A DNA stretch of 63,877 nucleotides, counting the filler, from Dugesia japonica (Eukaryota), in the NCBI GenBank assembly GCA_001938525.1. It is 6 parts of 6 records of this genome, joined end to end, with 100 filler letters (N's around TTAATTAATTAA, not from the genome) between each part and the next. Parts side by side here need not be neighbours in the genome. Positions count along the whole stretch, not along the records: positions 33,245 to 42,998 come from MQRL01590926.1; positions 43,099 to 53,921 come from MQRL01644458.1; 4 more parts are not named here. One strand, 5' to 3'. Position numbers and translations under genes: made by a program. Position 1 is the stretch's first letter; every line of letters begins with the position of its first letter. Below the pieces are notes generated by a model. It made no database searches, was not told where the DNA came from, and was given only the letters and a program-made list of their open reading frames with translations. Below are positions 40,530 through 54,021 of the stretch, piece after piece.

Positions 40530-40570
40530 TTGTCCGATGATGACGGTTGATCCGTCGAAATATATAACAA
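40530..40570 (+). ncRNA. Minimal hammerhead ribozyme in Penelope pLTR (U4C variant)
   Basis: TTGT-CCGATGA-T-GACGG ttgat CCGTC-GAAA-TATA-TA-ACAA. Confidence 0.65.
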
Positions 40571-41043
40571 CAAAGTTTTATTTTAAATGGCGTTACTTAT
40601 TTTGTATNNNNNNNNNNNNNNNNNNNNNNNNNNNNNNNNNNNNNNNNNNNNNNNNNNNNNNNNNNNNNNNNNNNNNNNNNNNNNNNNNNNNNNNNNNNNN
40701 NAATAATAATAATAATAATAAATATTGATGTAAACTTACGACGATGCTTCCGTTATTTTTAGGTGATTAAAAATTATGCTGTGTATTTTTTAATTAATGT
40801 TAATTACTAAGGAAATCCATTAAGTTTACTGATTATTTAGTAAATAATTATTGATTTAAAACTCACTGATTTATTAATAAGTAAAAGTAAATGTGAAATA
40901 TACTTAGTATAATTATGTGTTATCATTTAGAATTGTCATTAAAAAACCTATATGATTATCCACAATTTACACTGTTAACAAGGTAAATAAATTGGAATAT
41001 TTCATTATGTAATCTTTAACGAAATATAACATTATTAACTTAC

Positions 41044-41400
41044 AACTTGAACCCAAAAATGAGACAAATAATAATCGGCAACTTTTGCTTCTTGAAGTTC
41101 TGCGAAATTTCAATCGAATAAGGGAAAATATAAAGGCCATTATAGATATAAGCATTCCTATTACACTGAATGCTCTTGTAGTCTGATATTCATCTGAAAT
41201 TGTAAATTTGAAATACTTAAATATGTATAAAAATAAGTACGATTGCTGTAATCGTCACTATGCCCCCATATTCCACCTCGATGACCTCCGTCTGACCAAT
41301 TTTTTCCACCAGCAACTCCAATAATTGCTAAAGTACAAGCTATACCGCATATAATCATCAAAACCACATCTGCGGTTTCGCATCGTTTCTCTTCATTCAT
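41044..41400 (-). CDS. PMP22/EMP/claudin-family tetraspan protein, exons 1-2
   Basis: Exon 41400-41241, GT-AG intron 41240-41194, exon 41193-41044 (donor GTAAGT). Spliced product: TM1..NWSDGGHRGGIWG..HEYQTTRAFSVIGMLISIMAFIFSLI (W..G.W and QxxRA signatures). Later exons not resolved. Confidence 0.8.
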
Positions 41401-42998
41401 AATTTATCATTTGAATTTTATCCTCATTAAATTGAATTTAAATTCTTCATGTTTTGCTTAATTTGAAATTGAATTTCGATTGGTTGAACATATTGACAAA
41501 TGAAATTATCGAATAGATAATCAAATTAAGATTTTCATATTAAGAATAAAAGCTACCTATTAGTAAAATATGCTAATAAAAAATTTAATCTGGTTTATTA
41601 ATCATATTAGCATATTGATTATTGTTTATTTTTCAATTATTTATGATGGCTGTTAATGTTTTTCATAACTGGAATTAATGTTTTTTTCTTAGGTAATTTT
41701 ACTACCAATTTAATGTTCAACTTGATAAATTTATCCATGAATTAAAGAAGTCCCTAGAGTTACTGTTTTGAAATTTGCTATTGTTGATTAGTGACTCTCT
41801 ATTGTATTGATAATTACTGTTATCTATTTAATAAAAGTAATTTATCGTTTCTAAATGTTAACGTAGATATGAGATGACGATTTATGATTTCTGAGGAATG
41901 CAATTAATAATTTGAAAGTCTTTAAATATGAAATTTAATATTAAATAATTGAAAATAATAATAATAATGTTGGAGTTCCATCTAAGCAGCTCAAAGTTAA
42001 GTAATGTCTAGGGCAACATAGCCTAGTGAAACCCCACGAAGAATTTAATCTAGAGTCATAGATCTTCAGATTGGAACCGATGACTCTTAACCCGTAGTTC
42101 TGGTGCATGCTTGCATTCCTTTTTTCAAATTCACACTTCAATAATACTCACTTTGGTTCGACAGAGTAACTGTCATTGTATTATGTAAGTATTAGTATCT
42201 TGTCCTAACTATTTTTATGTTAGTATTAAATTTTAAAGGCATGTAAAATGTGAATTCGAGATCCTAGAAGTATAATAAAGAAAGAGGTATCATTTAGGCC
42301 TNNNNNNNNNNNNNNNNNNNNNNNNNNNNNNNNNNNNNNNNNNNNNNNNNNNNNNNNNAGAGCAGAGGTACAAGAATTACTAATCAGATGTGAGAGAATG
42401 CAAGAGAGACAACAAGAGACCAATGAATTTGAAAAAAATACTTACGAAATCACTAATGTAGATTTAGATGAGGAAGTAGATGAAAGTAAACAGAAATCAA
42501 TGATGGAAAATTTTAGGAATGAAATGGCCAAAGAAAATATAAACAAACTCAGATTGATACAATATTTGAAGGATATAATTGAATATCTTATAAATTATCG
42601 CGAATTAAAGAAATTAATAATTCCATTAGTGAAAGTAAAAGATAGAATAGAGTTTGATGAAAGTNNNNNNNNNNNNNNNNNNNNNNNNNNNNNNNNNNNN
42701 NNNNNNNNNNNNNNNNNNNNNNNNNNNNNNNNNNNNNNNNNNNNNNNNNNNNNNNNNNNNNNNNNNNNNNNNNNNNNNNNNNNNNNNNNNNNNNNNNNNN
42801 NNNNNNNNNNNNNNNNNNNNNNNNTTGCGAAAGATAATAAGAGCCAAATGACCGATAACACTAGAAGAAGATGATGAGATAAAGTTGTATTTTTATAAAC
42901 AGGAGTTAAGTGAAAACAAAAGATTAATGAAATACGGAATTATCCCAGAAAATGATAATCATATAAAATCAGGATAGTAAATAAATTGTCTGAAGGAC

Positions 42999-43098
42999 NN
43001 NNNNNNNNNNNNNNNNNNNNNNNNNNNNNNNNNNNNNNNNNNTTAATTAATTAANNNNNNNNNNNNNNNNNNNNNNNNNNNNNNNNNNNNNNNNNNNN
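42999..43098. other. Artificial scaffold linker
   Basis: TTAATTAATTAA at 43043-43054 within Ns. Confidence 0.97.
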
Positions 43099-43466
43099 GG
43101 AGTCAGATTTTATCAGACAGTGATTTTGAATACGAGCTGACTGTTGGACTTTCCTCCACCCAACAATATATAACTCAGTTTTATTTTTTTCGGATACCTC
43201 TAATGTTAACATTTTTTAGGAATGACATGGTGACACCTAGTCTCATAAAAAAAAATTTTCTTATTTTATTTTATGAACTGGTCGAAAAATAAATGAATAA
43301 ATTAATTTCCTACATCATTTAAAAAATATGTTTAGTAATAATTAGTACTTTTATTGAAAAAGTAACATTAACATTCGGAATATATATAAATTTATTATGA
43401 TAGAGCCTATGTTAAAAAATTTTCTTATAACACCAATTTACATAATCAAAATAATACTTTACTTTT

Positions 43467-44407
43467 TGATATATCCAAAATAAAAAGGTTCTGCAACGGT
43501 TCTCGCTATTAGAATTCCCAACACTAAAATTGTTATCTTGGTAATGAATAGTTTTCTCCGGAGGCTATTTGTTATTCTTGAAATAAAGTTAATCGTTACC
43601 AAACTAATTAAGATTTTACTAAATGGTATTCCGGTGGAATTGAATTCTTCTTAGCAGATACTAATTTGTCGTTGAAGTCTTGTGAAATTTTTTTTCGTAG
43701 TTAATGGAAATAATTTGTTAAATTTGTTATTAATAAAATTGATGATTAATTTATGTTAAAATCAGGGGTCCTTTTATAGGGTTTCTGAGACACCCCGACT
43801 TGTTTGGCATTGGCCAGTTATTTTTAAATTGAAATAATCCGTTTCCATTGGCGTTGATGCTACTTTTCTGGAAATTTGTAGACTTTTCTTTGATTCCGTT
43901 GGTAGTTATTTTTATCATGATACCTGACAATTGTGTCTTTGTTCTATTTTTGTTTTTAGATTTCTTATTGGCCCGATCTTCATGACCCTGCAGCAACCTA
44001 TGGGATGGTGGTAAGTTTTCTCTTCTTAGCAATTTCAATGCGTCTTGCTGTTCTCTTTTCATATTTTCTTATCCGGGTTCTTTCCGATTTCCTTGAGTAA
44101 AGTTATTCGGTTAAAACGGATTTTGTCTCAATTTTAATTAATTTTTTCTGTTTAAATTAATTGTTATTTTTTTGTAATTATATCTTCTTTTGTTAGCCCT
44201 TTTCTTTATTAATTTTATTAATTCTTTCGATTATATAATTAATCCCATTTAATTTAATCATTTGAGTCTTTCTATTTCGTTTATTAATATGATCTCGATT
44301 CTTCTTGTTTGATTTTCCATTTTCCTCCCCGTAATATTATTTGATAGTGAATGATTTATGACCCATTTAACTTTATTTTTCATTCCACTGGGTGTTTTAC
44401 CTCAACA
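43467..44407 (-). repeat. Solo-LTR-like element A (about 940 bp)
   Basis: Starts TGTTGAGG, has CCAAT boxes then TATAAAAGG (43770-43778), and is collinear with B and C. Confidence 0.6.
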
Positions 44408-44495
44408 AAACTAATAATATTAAAAATTAATTAATTATGAAAAACTCAAACTATTCCAAACAGTATATCTCACAATAATAATAATAATAATAATA

Positions 44496-44545
<50 letters not shown>

Positions 44546-44595
44546 NNNNNNNNNNNNNNNNNNNNNNNNNNNNNNNNNNNNNNNNNNNNNNNNNN

Positions 44596-44650
<55 letters not shown>

Positions 44651-44652
<2 letters not shown>

Positions 44653-45608
44653 TTGGAGTGAAACACCTAAAGTTAGAAGAAAATTGAGGCCAAGGTCTCA
44701 AAATATAAACCAATATGGATGGATGAATCAAAAAAGGAAACCCATTAAGAACAAATAGCGTTAGAAAAGTATAATTTCGGGGCAACCGGCAATCAAACTA
44801 ACGATTAACACATATCGAGATTGAAGAAAAATGGGTATAAAGATCTTCAATGGGCAAATGCAACCTTCATCAAAACAATAATTAGAAAAAAATTATTAAA
44901 TAATATTAAATACAAGGAAAAGTAAATTTAAAGAATTAATTAAAGAAGAATAATTAATTAAATTTTACCAGAAAATGAATCTAAATTAAAAATCGGTTTT
45001 TGGTGGATAACTTCGCTTAGAAAAACCAGAGAGAGTTCAGGTAAAAAAATCTAAAAAGAAAACAATGAGAAGCATTGGAATTTCGCAAGAAGAAAAGTAA
45101 AACACCATCGAGAAGGTTTTTACGAAGTTTCAAAAATTAGGCCAATAAGGGACTTAAAAATAAAAATGAAAGAACCAAATCTCACCTGATGGTCTAAAAA
45201 TAACGGCCAATGCAGGTGTTGAAGCTCTGCAAAAAAATCTAAAAATTGGTACCAAGACAAATAAGAATCAAGGATTTCAAATCAAAAATAGAAATCCAAT
45301 AGTAATGATGCCGGGTTGCATCGAAAAATCATATAAAAGGCACCCTGATTTTATTAGAAAAAACTCTGAAAAAACCAACAAATTAATTATATTGATACCA
45401 CAACAGTTTATTAAAACACTATCCAATTTTATAAATTGTGTGATCATATATCCTGAAAGAAGCGTCAATCAATTAACGGTAAGGAGACGTTCAAAATTTC
45501 GCCAAACAACCATTATCTATTATCTACAGATTAATACGAAGAATTTCCAAGCAGTTTCCAAAAGAATTGATAGCCACCACTCGTTGCAAAAATTCTCGAT
45601 TTGATATA
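44651..45608 (+). repeat. Solo-LTR-like element B (about 950 bp)
   Basis: Starts TGTTGGAG directly after (AAT)n; three CCAAT boxes then TATAAAAGG at 45332. Confidence 0.6.
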
Positions 45609-46549
45609 AAAAGTAATTTTATTGTTATTATTTATGAAATGTATTATAAATGTAGATTACATANNNNNNNNNNNNNNNNNNNNNNNNNNNNNNNNNNNNN
45701 NNNNNNNNNNNNNAATAGTTAAGTAAAATAAGAAATTTAGGCGATCTGCCTGTATTGGAGCTTTATGTTCCAAGATAAATTTTATTATGTTGGGATATAT
45801 CCAAATTATTATTAAGTTTAAGAAATTAATAAATAAAATAAGAAACAAAAATAATCAATAATTTTCTTTTTATCAAAACGTTACCATTTGGCCGGTTTAA
45901 ACATTTCCGCTCGTTTTTAAAATTCAACAGAGGCAGCTGATTGTACAACAGCTGATATATAACAAAAATAAAAATCCAGCCGATAATTTTTCCCCGGCCA
46001 GTTTTTCCGTTTGATCATCAACTTAGGTGGAACCCCAACAATAATAATAATAACAATAATCATAATAATATTAGCGGTCAAGCTAATCAAAGATAAGTTT
46101 CTAATAAGTGTGAGAAATACTGGGAAAAGTTGAGACCGTGAGCAACGCTAAAATTGCTTTAAAACTCAAATCGATAGCTGTTTTGCTGCATGGTTACTTG
46201 CCGATAGATAGTCTGCATAAAAGATTGTTTTACATGGTGACGTTGATAAAATATTCTGTAATAGCAATTAGGCAAATGCCATTGAGACTTCACTATTTGC
46301 TGATCTTTTTATTCTAACTATAAATTATTCATTTCTATTAGTTAGCGGATTTCATTATCTATTAGCTGTGGCGCCACGAGTCACCTAATAGTTTACTAAG
46401 AGCTGATGCAGCGTTTTTTTAATTTTGGCGTGCTTCTAATCAACTTAATGTAGATCAATTTCTAGTTACTGTTGTTATTTCTCCCTGCTTGGTGAGAAAA
46501 TTTACTGTTTATTGTGGTTTATCAGCATTTCTTTTATTGTTTATTTCCA

Positions 46550-47340
46550 TCTTGTTTTTATGTCTAGATTTAATTTTTAATTCTTTTTTTCTTGTACTCT
46601 AAAACATGTTTAATCAAAATTTCCTCTTTCTGAAGTGATTTTCGGAAAATTTTGACAAGTCTAATTTTTTAAACAAATTCAGCAATGTTATCATAAATTG
46701 ATAAACGATTAATTTTGTATTAATTTCTGTATTAATTTTGAACTCAGTATTAAAATTTTCAATAAATTCTTCGTCATATTCAGTTGTTTCTTCAACATTA
46801 TCTATACTATCAATATTCGCCCTGTAATTGTAATCATTTTGCTTTGCGAATTCATAGAACACATCGGTTATTGCTAGATGTATACCATGAGCCATACACA
46901 ATTGTTGGATACCAAAAATCTTATTAACTTTGATCATAGTAGAGCATCTATCTGAAATTGTTCCTACAATATCAGTCTCAAAATAAATTTAAAAAAGTGT
47001 TAATCTCTCTTTTAACAATTCAACACATTATTCTGCTGTTAAAGATCCAGTAACTTGAATAAGTCCCACGTTTTATTTTCCAAATGAATGCTTCAATTTA
47101 TATGGTGTCTGTTATGTACAGATGTCTATTTATCGTACGAAAATCCAAAACGTTTTCCTTCATGTTTGAGTTTAACAATATTTGTTTTAATTATTTCCTC
47201 AACTTCTTTACCACATTCCATGACAATCATTTTTATTTCATTTAATGAACTTGGTACTTTAAATCCTTTGGGTTTTATTGATTTACGGAATTCCTCTGAA
47301 GTAGCGATGATTCATGATCTTTTCCTGTAGCTCGCTATTT
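46550..47340 (-). mobile_element. hAT transposase remnant
   Basis: QQLCMAHGIHLAITDVFY (CxxH motif), nearly identical at protein level to 32618-32848. Confidence 0.8.
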
Positions 47341-50300
47341 ATTATTTTTGCTTTATTCATTTTTCTTTCTTTTTATTTTGTATCGAATTATTTCGATTTG
47401 ATCTCCTATTACAATTCTGTTTCCTTCATTAATTATTTTCTTTCTGATATATATTAATATTTATTTTAGTTTATCGTCATATTTATTTCAGTCCCTTTTT
47501 TCATTGTCTTTTTTTCTTTTGATCAGTTAATTATTCCCATTCTGTTATTATTGTTTTACTCCCATATTTCTGTACTTCTTTTGATTTTGTGATTCACGTT
47601 CCAGCCCAACACTATATTAAAATAAAATAAATTTCTTATAGAAAAATGTTTAAATCAATAAGATTTCTTAAGTCTTTATAAACCAATCAATAAAGATTTC
47701 TCAGTTAAACCTTCTGTTATAAAATAAAATGAAATTCTTTTGTACATCTTAGAATTGAACAAATTAAAAGCAAATTCCTCCTTCCAATGTTTAATTTTCT
47801 TAAGAAGTTAATTCACAAGCCCTTCTAGCAGATCATATCTAGGTAGATCCATCAAGGGTTTACATTCCTCCCTTCGACAATGATCATGTTGGCGTGTTGA
47901 ATAAATTTATGGTGTTGAAGAACGTCATCTAGGATACTAATTCTATTAAATGGACACTAACAGAAAATAAGTTCAATGTCAGGAGGCGAAAGCGAGAAGG
48001 ACGGAGTATCAACTTGCGCTGTTGAAACAATAAGACGAAAGGTATATAGAGCAAAGGAAAAAATGAATCTTGGCGCGAACGGGAATTGTACAAAGTAATG
48101 CTGGAAGTTTCAAAATTCATGAATGATGCGCCATATTTCACCACTATAACGATTATACCTAGAAGAGCATTGGTAGAATATCAGAAAGGAGCTTCACAGA
48201 CGGGATAACACATAGTCCCGCAAGAATTCTGGATAGATAAAAAACGATTCATGAGGCATCGTAGAATGCCGATTTAAGGGTATATACTTCCAGAGAAGAA
48301 AAAGGCAGATGTAATTAAGTAACAAAACCTAAAAGCTCAACACTCCAATTAAACCATGAATAAGTGAATTTTGACAACGAAAGAAACCGATTGATAAGTG
48401 CCAATGATTGTTAGATGAGTTTTGAGTANTCACTGAAGAATTGAATTCACAACTTGATTCCATAAAAGATTAATTTACAATACATAAACAAGGACCATCA
48501 CTATTTGTTTATGCAAACAAATTAAAACTGTTTTACCAGAAAAATTTTTCTTTATTAAATTTAAAATTAAATTTTCCAGCTAAAACATTTCTGACATTTT
48601 TTAAATAATACAATAAATAGTTATTTTGTCATATATATCAAATAATTAAAATTAAGTTAAAGCATAAATAAAAGATTTCTAATTAAATTTTATTTAACAA
48701 ATTTTTCTTGATAATTCAATGCTGATTTTGGTTTTTCAGGTCTTCTTCATATACGTCTCACTAATCGGAATATTTCTTGCTACTGCTAGTGGTGTACATT
48801 GTTTTAAACATTGTCATTCCAACACCATGCTTGCAGATATAATTTTTTCATGTGGGTAGGACAACTACATATTGTTGTCAATCAGTTTGATTTGCATGTA
48901 GACAGTATATTTTCAATGATTTTTGATAAAACAAAAATGTTGTGAATTTACCACTTTCAATTATATTTTCTTTATCAGCATGAAAGTAATATCTCGTAAA
49001 TGAATACATTTCTTCACTAATTATTTATTTTGGTTGTTTAGCCTATTGATAGTCTAATTAAATTCATTAATTAATTATTGGGCATTAAAAAACTTTTAAA
49101 AGAAATTGATTTGTTAACTTTTATCATCTATATTCTTAATCAGTGAGACATTCTGCATCAAATAGTACCTAAATCATTAAATTTGTATGAAAATTATAAA
49201 AAAATAAAATTTATATCAATTGTGTTGTAACAGCAAAATAAACACATCCCTCGTATTTACACCACATGTAAGAAACTTCAATATGTTAACTTATTAAAGT
49301 ATTTACTAATTATTAATCTAATAATATTATAATTAGCTATTATATATTAAATACTATGGTTTATTTCATTTCTAATATAAAATTTAAAATGAGGCTATTC
49401 AATTTCCGATGTAATACACTACTTTAACTCCATTTCGATGTGTGTACAATAAAGACTTGAAAAATTACTGAATGATATGTGATTGGTGTCAAAAACTAAT
49501 AATTTTCAAGGAAATGGAAGTACTCCAAGGTGGGCAAAAATTCCATTGTTTTTAACTCAGAACTTTATTACAAATAAATCATTGTTTATTCATGTTAAAA
49601 ATTATGAATATGACTTATAATAATAAATGAATTATAATCTTAAATGAGTTGTTTCTAAGCATCCTCGGGATTTTTGACAAAGTTGTTCGGTTTTTCTCGG
49701 TCAAAATTAAGTTTGTTAATTTTAGAACAGGATTTTCTTTATCAGGAAAATATTCTCTATCAAATGATGAATGTTTATCCAATTTTTTAAACTCCCTACG
49801 GAATTTGNNNNNNNNNNNNNNNNNNNNNNNNNNNNNNNNNNNNNNNNNNNNNNNNNNNNNNNNNNNNNNNNNNNNNNNTAAGTATAAAAATATTTCAAAA
49901 AATATTTTCTTGCTAGAAATGATCCTGAGGTCATTCTGAGTCGATTGATGTAAAAATCTTGACAAAAATTTTTTATAATTTTTCAAAATTGTGGTTTTTA
50001 ACCCGGATTTCCATGAAAATTTTAATCATTTCTAAAAATTTTAAATATTTAAATTAAATGGACTTCTCTCCCGAATTTCCGTAAATTAAAAAACTTAAAA
50101 ATTTAAATAAAATTACTTAAATTCAATCAAAATTGATCATTGTGAGCAAATCTTTGACCAAAATCAACCGAATTCGACCATTATGAGCAAGGTTTTGACC
50201 AAAACTGACCATCATGGGGAAATTTCTTACCAAAGTTGATCGAATTCCACCAAAACCAACCAAAATTGACTATACTGAGGAAGCATTTGATCAAAATTGC

Positions 50301-50990
50301 CCAACTTGAAAAAACGTTTGATTAAATTTGACCAAAATCGTTCATCGTGAGCAAATTTTCTATTATCATTTGATGAAGTACTGGAAAATATATAATCGAG
50401 AGTTAAAAATATTAAAATGATTGTTTAACAAAAATAATACAAGCCTGCTCAACATCTACCTACTACTAAAATTAGGCTCCATTTCAAATCTTGACTTTTT
50501 TATATTTATTTTTTATAGTTTCAATAGTTAACGTTAAACTTATATACTGTTCAAACAAAGAAATAAATACATCTCAAACGATTTAAATCACATTTCAAAT
50601 TTATTCTTTATTAACTCATTTTATTAATTTACTAATTCAAATATTAAATTAACATCTCTTTACTAAATTTATTTACCAATAAATAAATAAATTACTCATT
50701 AATTAATTATACTTCTCATTCATTCAAGTTGTCTGCTCCAATGAGGATATCAACAATCACATGATTTCCAATCTTTGGAAAATTGATCTCTTGCAAATGT
50801 GGTCATGATTTCGATTGTTTTTTCCAATCTACAATTTTCAAATTTCCCACGACCTTCTTGACTGGGAATATTTCCATTGACCACTAGAATCTCCCATTAA
50901 GGCTTTTAATTCGCACTTGATTAAATTTACTTCCAAATTGTTTGTATCTCCTCCAACTACACTTACTGGCAGATTTATTTTCCTTCCATC

Positions 50991-51896
50991 TGTTGGGGTG
51001 GAACACCCCTAAGAGTAGAAAATAGAACAAGAAAAGGGATAAAGCACAGAAAGGTGGTAATAAAAAGGAATGAACGGGCAATGAAGGTGTAGAAGAAATG
51101 AACCTATTATTGATCAGCAATTAAAATTATTAATAATTTTAAAAGAAACAACCAGGAAAACAATAATAAAAAATAATTAATTAATACAAGAAAATTAATT
51201 AATTTTAAACAAAAAATAAACGAAAATTGGAAGAAAATCTGTTTTTTACAGATAACTCTGGCCCCAGACATCAGAAAGTATTCCAGCAAGAAAAATCAAG
51301 AAGAAAACCAATCGGTGCAATTCGGACCCTAGAAAGGAAAAACCTACCACCTTCCAGAGGGGTATGATAGGGATTACAAGATCTGACCAATCAGCGGCCA
51401 GAAAATAAAAATTGAACAAAAATACCGATGTCAGGTGCTGTTCTAAAAATAATTGCCAATCATGGCACCAAAATCTGTAGAAATTTTTTAAAAATTTGTG
51501 CTAACACCAATAAAATCGAGATAAAGCCGTTCTAAAAATATCGGCAAATCTACAACGAGTTGGGGTGTCCAGAAAATGCTATAAAAGGACCTTCAATGTT
51601 TGGATTAAAAACAATCACTTTTCTACAATTTGCTAAGCTGTGAAACCACACGTAAAAAATTTTTTAAAGAACTTGTGCAACAAAATTACATCAGAGGAAT
51701 TCATTGAGAAGTAGAAACTACAGTGGTAAGGTCCAAAATACTCATTACTTTGGTCATAAACCTCAATTTTAGAACCAGGAAACGAAAAAAAGAAAGAAAG
51801 TAACCCGAATTACTATTGGCAATCAATCATATTCGTTACAAACGTTCATGCTCGTTGTAGAACCCTCTTGGTAAACGAACCGTAGTTGCTGATACA
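50991..51896 (+). repeat. Solo-LTR-like element C (about 900 bp)
   Basis: Starts TGTTGGGGTGGAACACCCC, several CCAAT boxes, TATAAAAGG at 51580, ends ..GATACA. Confidence 0.6.
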
Positions 51897-53921
51897 ATCA
51901 AAAGGTTTATATTAGAAAGTAATTATTATACTTTGATTTGTATGTAGATGTTAATGCTTATTTATTGAAATTTGTTTATCACGAAAATAATATATCTTAG
52001 TTAACTTGCATTTTACTAACCCATCTTTGTGTTGTAAATAATTAACCGAAAGTTTAATTGAGGAATCATGAAAAATGTCTCGTTTTATCCTTTATATTAA
52101 GTAATTTAATAAATTTCCGTTAAATAACTACCCAAATTGATAGATAACGATTGAAGAAAGTTGGATGCCTTTTAGGCGGGTGGTAATTTATTATCACTAA
52201 GACTTTCTAACAAAAAATGTTTTTTTATCTATTATGACATGGCTGCAGTAACCTACTATTGGACAGTAGTTTAACATTGGGGATGCAACTATTAAATATC
52301 CACGAATATAGTGATCAACATGACCAACACATTCCTTTTTTATAATTAATCTAATATTAAACTTACAACAATGCCAGTGTCCATTCCTGAAATTGCATTA
52401 AAGCGCTAAATGTTAGCACGTGAAATTAACGAGCAAATTGCTTTAACAATAAATGAATTAACACATTAATTATATTCACTGATATTTAGTTAAGCAATTG
52501 AACAAAGTATATCCAACAAATAGCTGCTTGCTTCGAGAGAAGTTAAAATTCCAAATTGATAAAACGAATCTGATTTAATCATTACAAAATCTCCACTCCT
52601 GCAGTAAGACATGAATAAATAATTTAGTCCATAAGTAACACCAGTCTACCTTCAGATCGCATTCCATCGTACAACAATTTTGTTCTAGAATAGGGGAGTT
52701 TTGGCGTTACACAAACTCATAAATGATCCGTTTCTAAAAATACTACTAAAATAGCTAGGTGAGGAATAATGACAACCTATCGGTGTGCAAAACAGTATGG
52801 GATGAGTAATTAAATTGACACACCAACTAGGAATTCCGATTGAAATTTTTTATGTAGGTGTGATTGTATCCTTGAGAGTAACTAAGGGTAACGGTAATTG
52901 CGCGAAATTTGCAATAGATAAAACAGGTGAAATTGCGCCAAATAAAAATTGCACTTATTAAAGATCAATACTATTTCCCGTGAGATAATTGGATACACCA
53001 CGGAATGTTATCGGCTACTCAAAGTTACAAAACTTCTTTTTTCACTATATAATATCGGTTATTAACAACAATAATGGCATGGTTAACAAATGGTATTAAT
53101 CATCGTAATAATACTAATAATGATAATAGACGTTAATATCCATAATAATAGTGTCCATACAAAATATTAATATGTAATTATAGGTATACCAATAGCAACG
53201 ATAACCATGATAATAAACAATATAGCTACTGACAGCAACAATCATAACTAACGGTAATACCCCTNNNNNNNNNNNNNNNNNNNNNNNNNNNNNNNNNNNN
53301 NNNNNNNNNNNNTAATCATGACAGTGATTAAGATTAATAACGAAAATAATTAGTTAACGCTAATAATATTAATCAAGTACCATAGTAACCCATCTTTCGA
53401 TTCCCATGGGCCACTTCCCTCCTAAAGCATTATATATATTTTTTTGTTAAAGTAACAATTTTATTTTAGCTATGACCGCCAAATTAAGAAATATGCTGCG
53501 ATGGATAAGGAAACAGTGCCAGTTGGTCAGAAATAAACAATTATTACCCCATCTACTGACCCATAAAGTCGTGGAGCATCCGGACGAAACGGATCTCCAA
53601 TGTTTCGTCGAAATGTTCCCGATGGAACATCAGGTGGACATAGACGAGGAATAACCCTGCTTCCTCAATCGAACTCCGGTTACATGAATCGGTGTAACAA
53701 TACAGAAACATTAAGTCACATGTGATTGAGTTAACCTAAAATAAAACTGCATGATTATTAGGTGTTCTTTCTCTTTTATGTGTTAGTTATGATTTTTTCT
53801 AATTCCCTTAGTATTTTCCAGAAGTTGGCACCATGGACTTCAAATGTGAGATCTTGCGCGAGCGTTATACTGGTCGAATAATATTCAAGCGGTATCGTAA
53901 TCCCTACGACCGCAATGCGGC

Positions 53922-54021
53922 NNNNNNNNNNNNNNNNNNNNNNNNNNNNNNNNNNNNNNNNNNNNTTAATTAATTAANNNNNNNNNNNNNNNNNNNNNNN
54001 NNNNNNNNNNNNNNNNNNNNN
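53922..54021. other. Artificial scaffold linker
   Basis: TTAATTAATTAA at 53966-53977 within Ns. Confidence 0.97.

Larger units (their letters stand above)
36726..40607 (+). mobile_element. Penelope-like element (RT + GIY-YIG) with inverted 3'-end/pLTR copy at its 5' side
   Basis: DKGNGLVVL, PGKLHGLRKVHKNGVPMRPVLS, SFNVFSLFSNVP, GVAMGSPL, YKRYVDDVF, ILPFLDI, NLVYQFKC..IAEH. 36726-37799 is the reverse complement of 39791-40584. Confidence 0.93.

Noticed and set aside
47800-48350. GC-richer stretch with PBS-like TGGCGCGAACGGG (similar motif at about 13788)
   Set aside because: No definable LTR boundary or recognisable ORF, so too weak to call.
11423-54021. Recurrent TTAATTAATTAA palindrome inside N runs (five times)
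   Set aside because: Fixed 100-bp synthetic linker joining scaffolds. Not biological, and adjacency across it carries no meaning.
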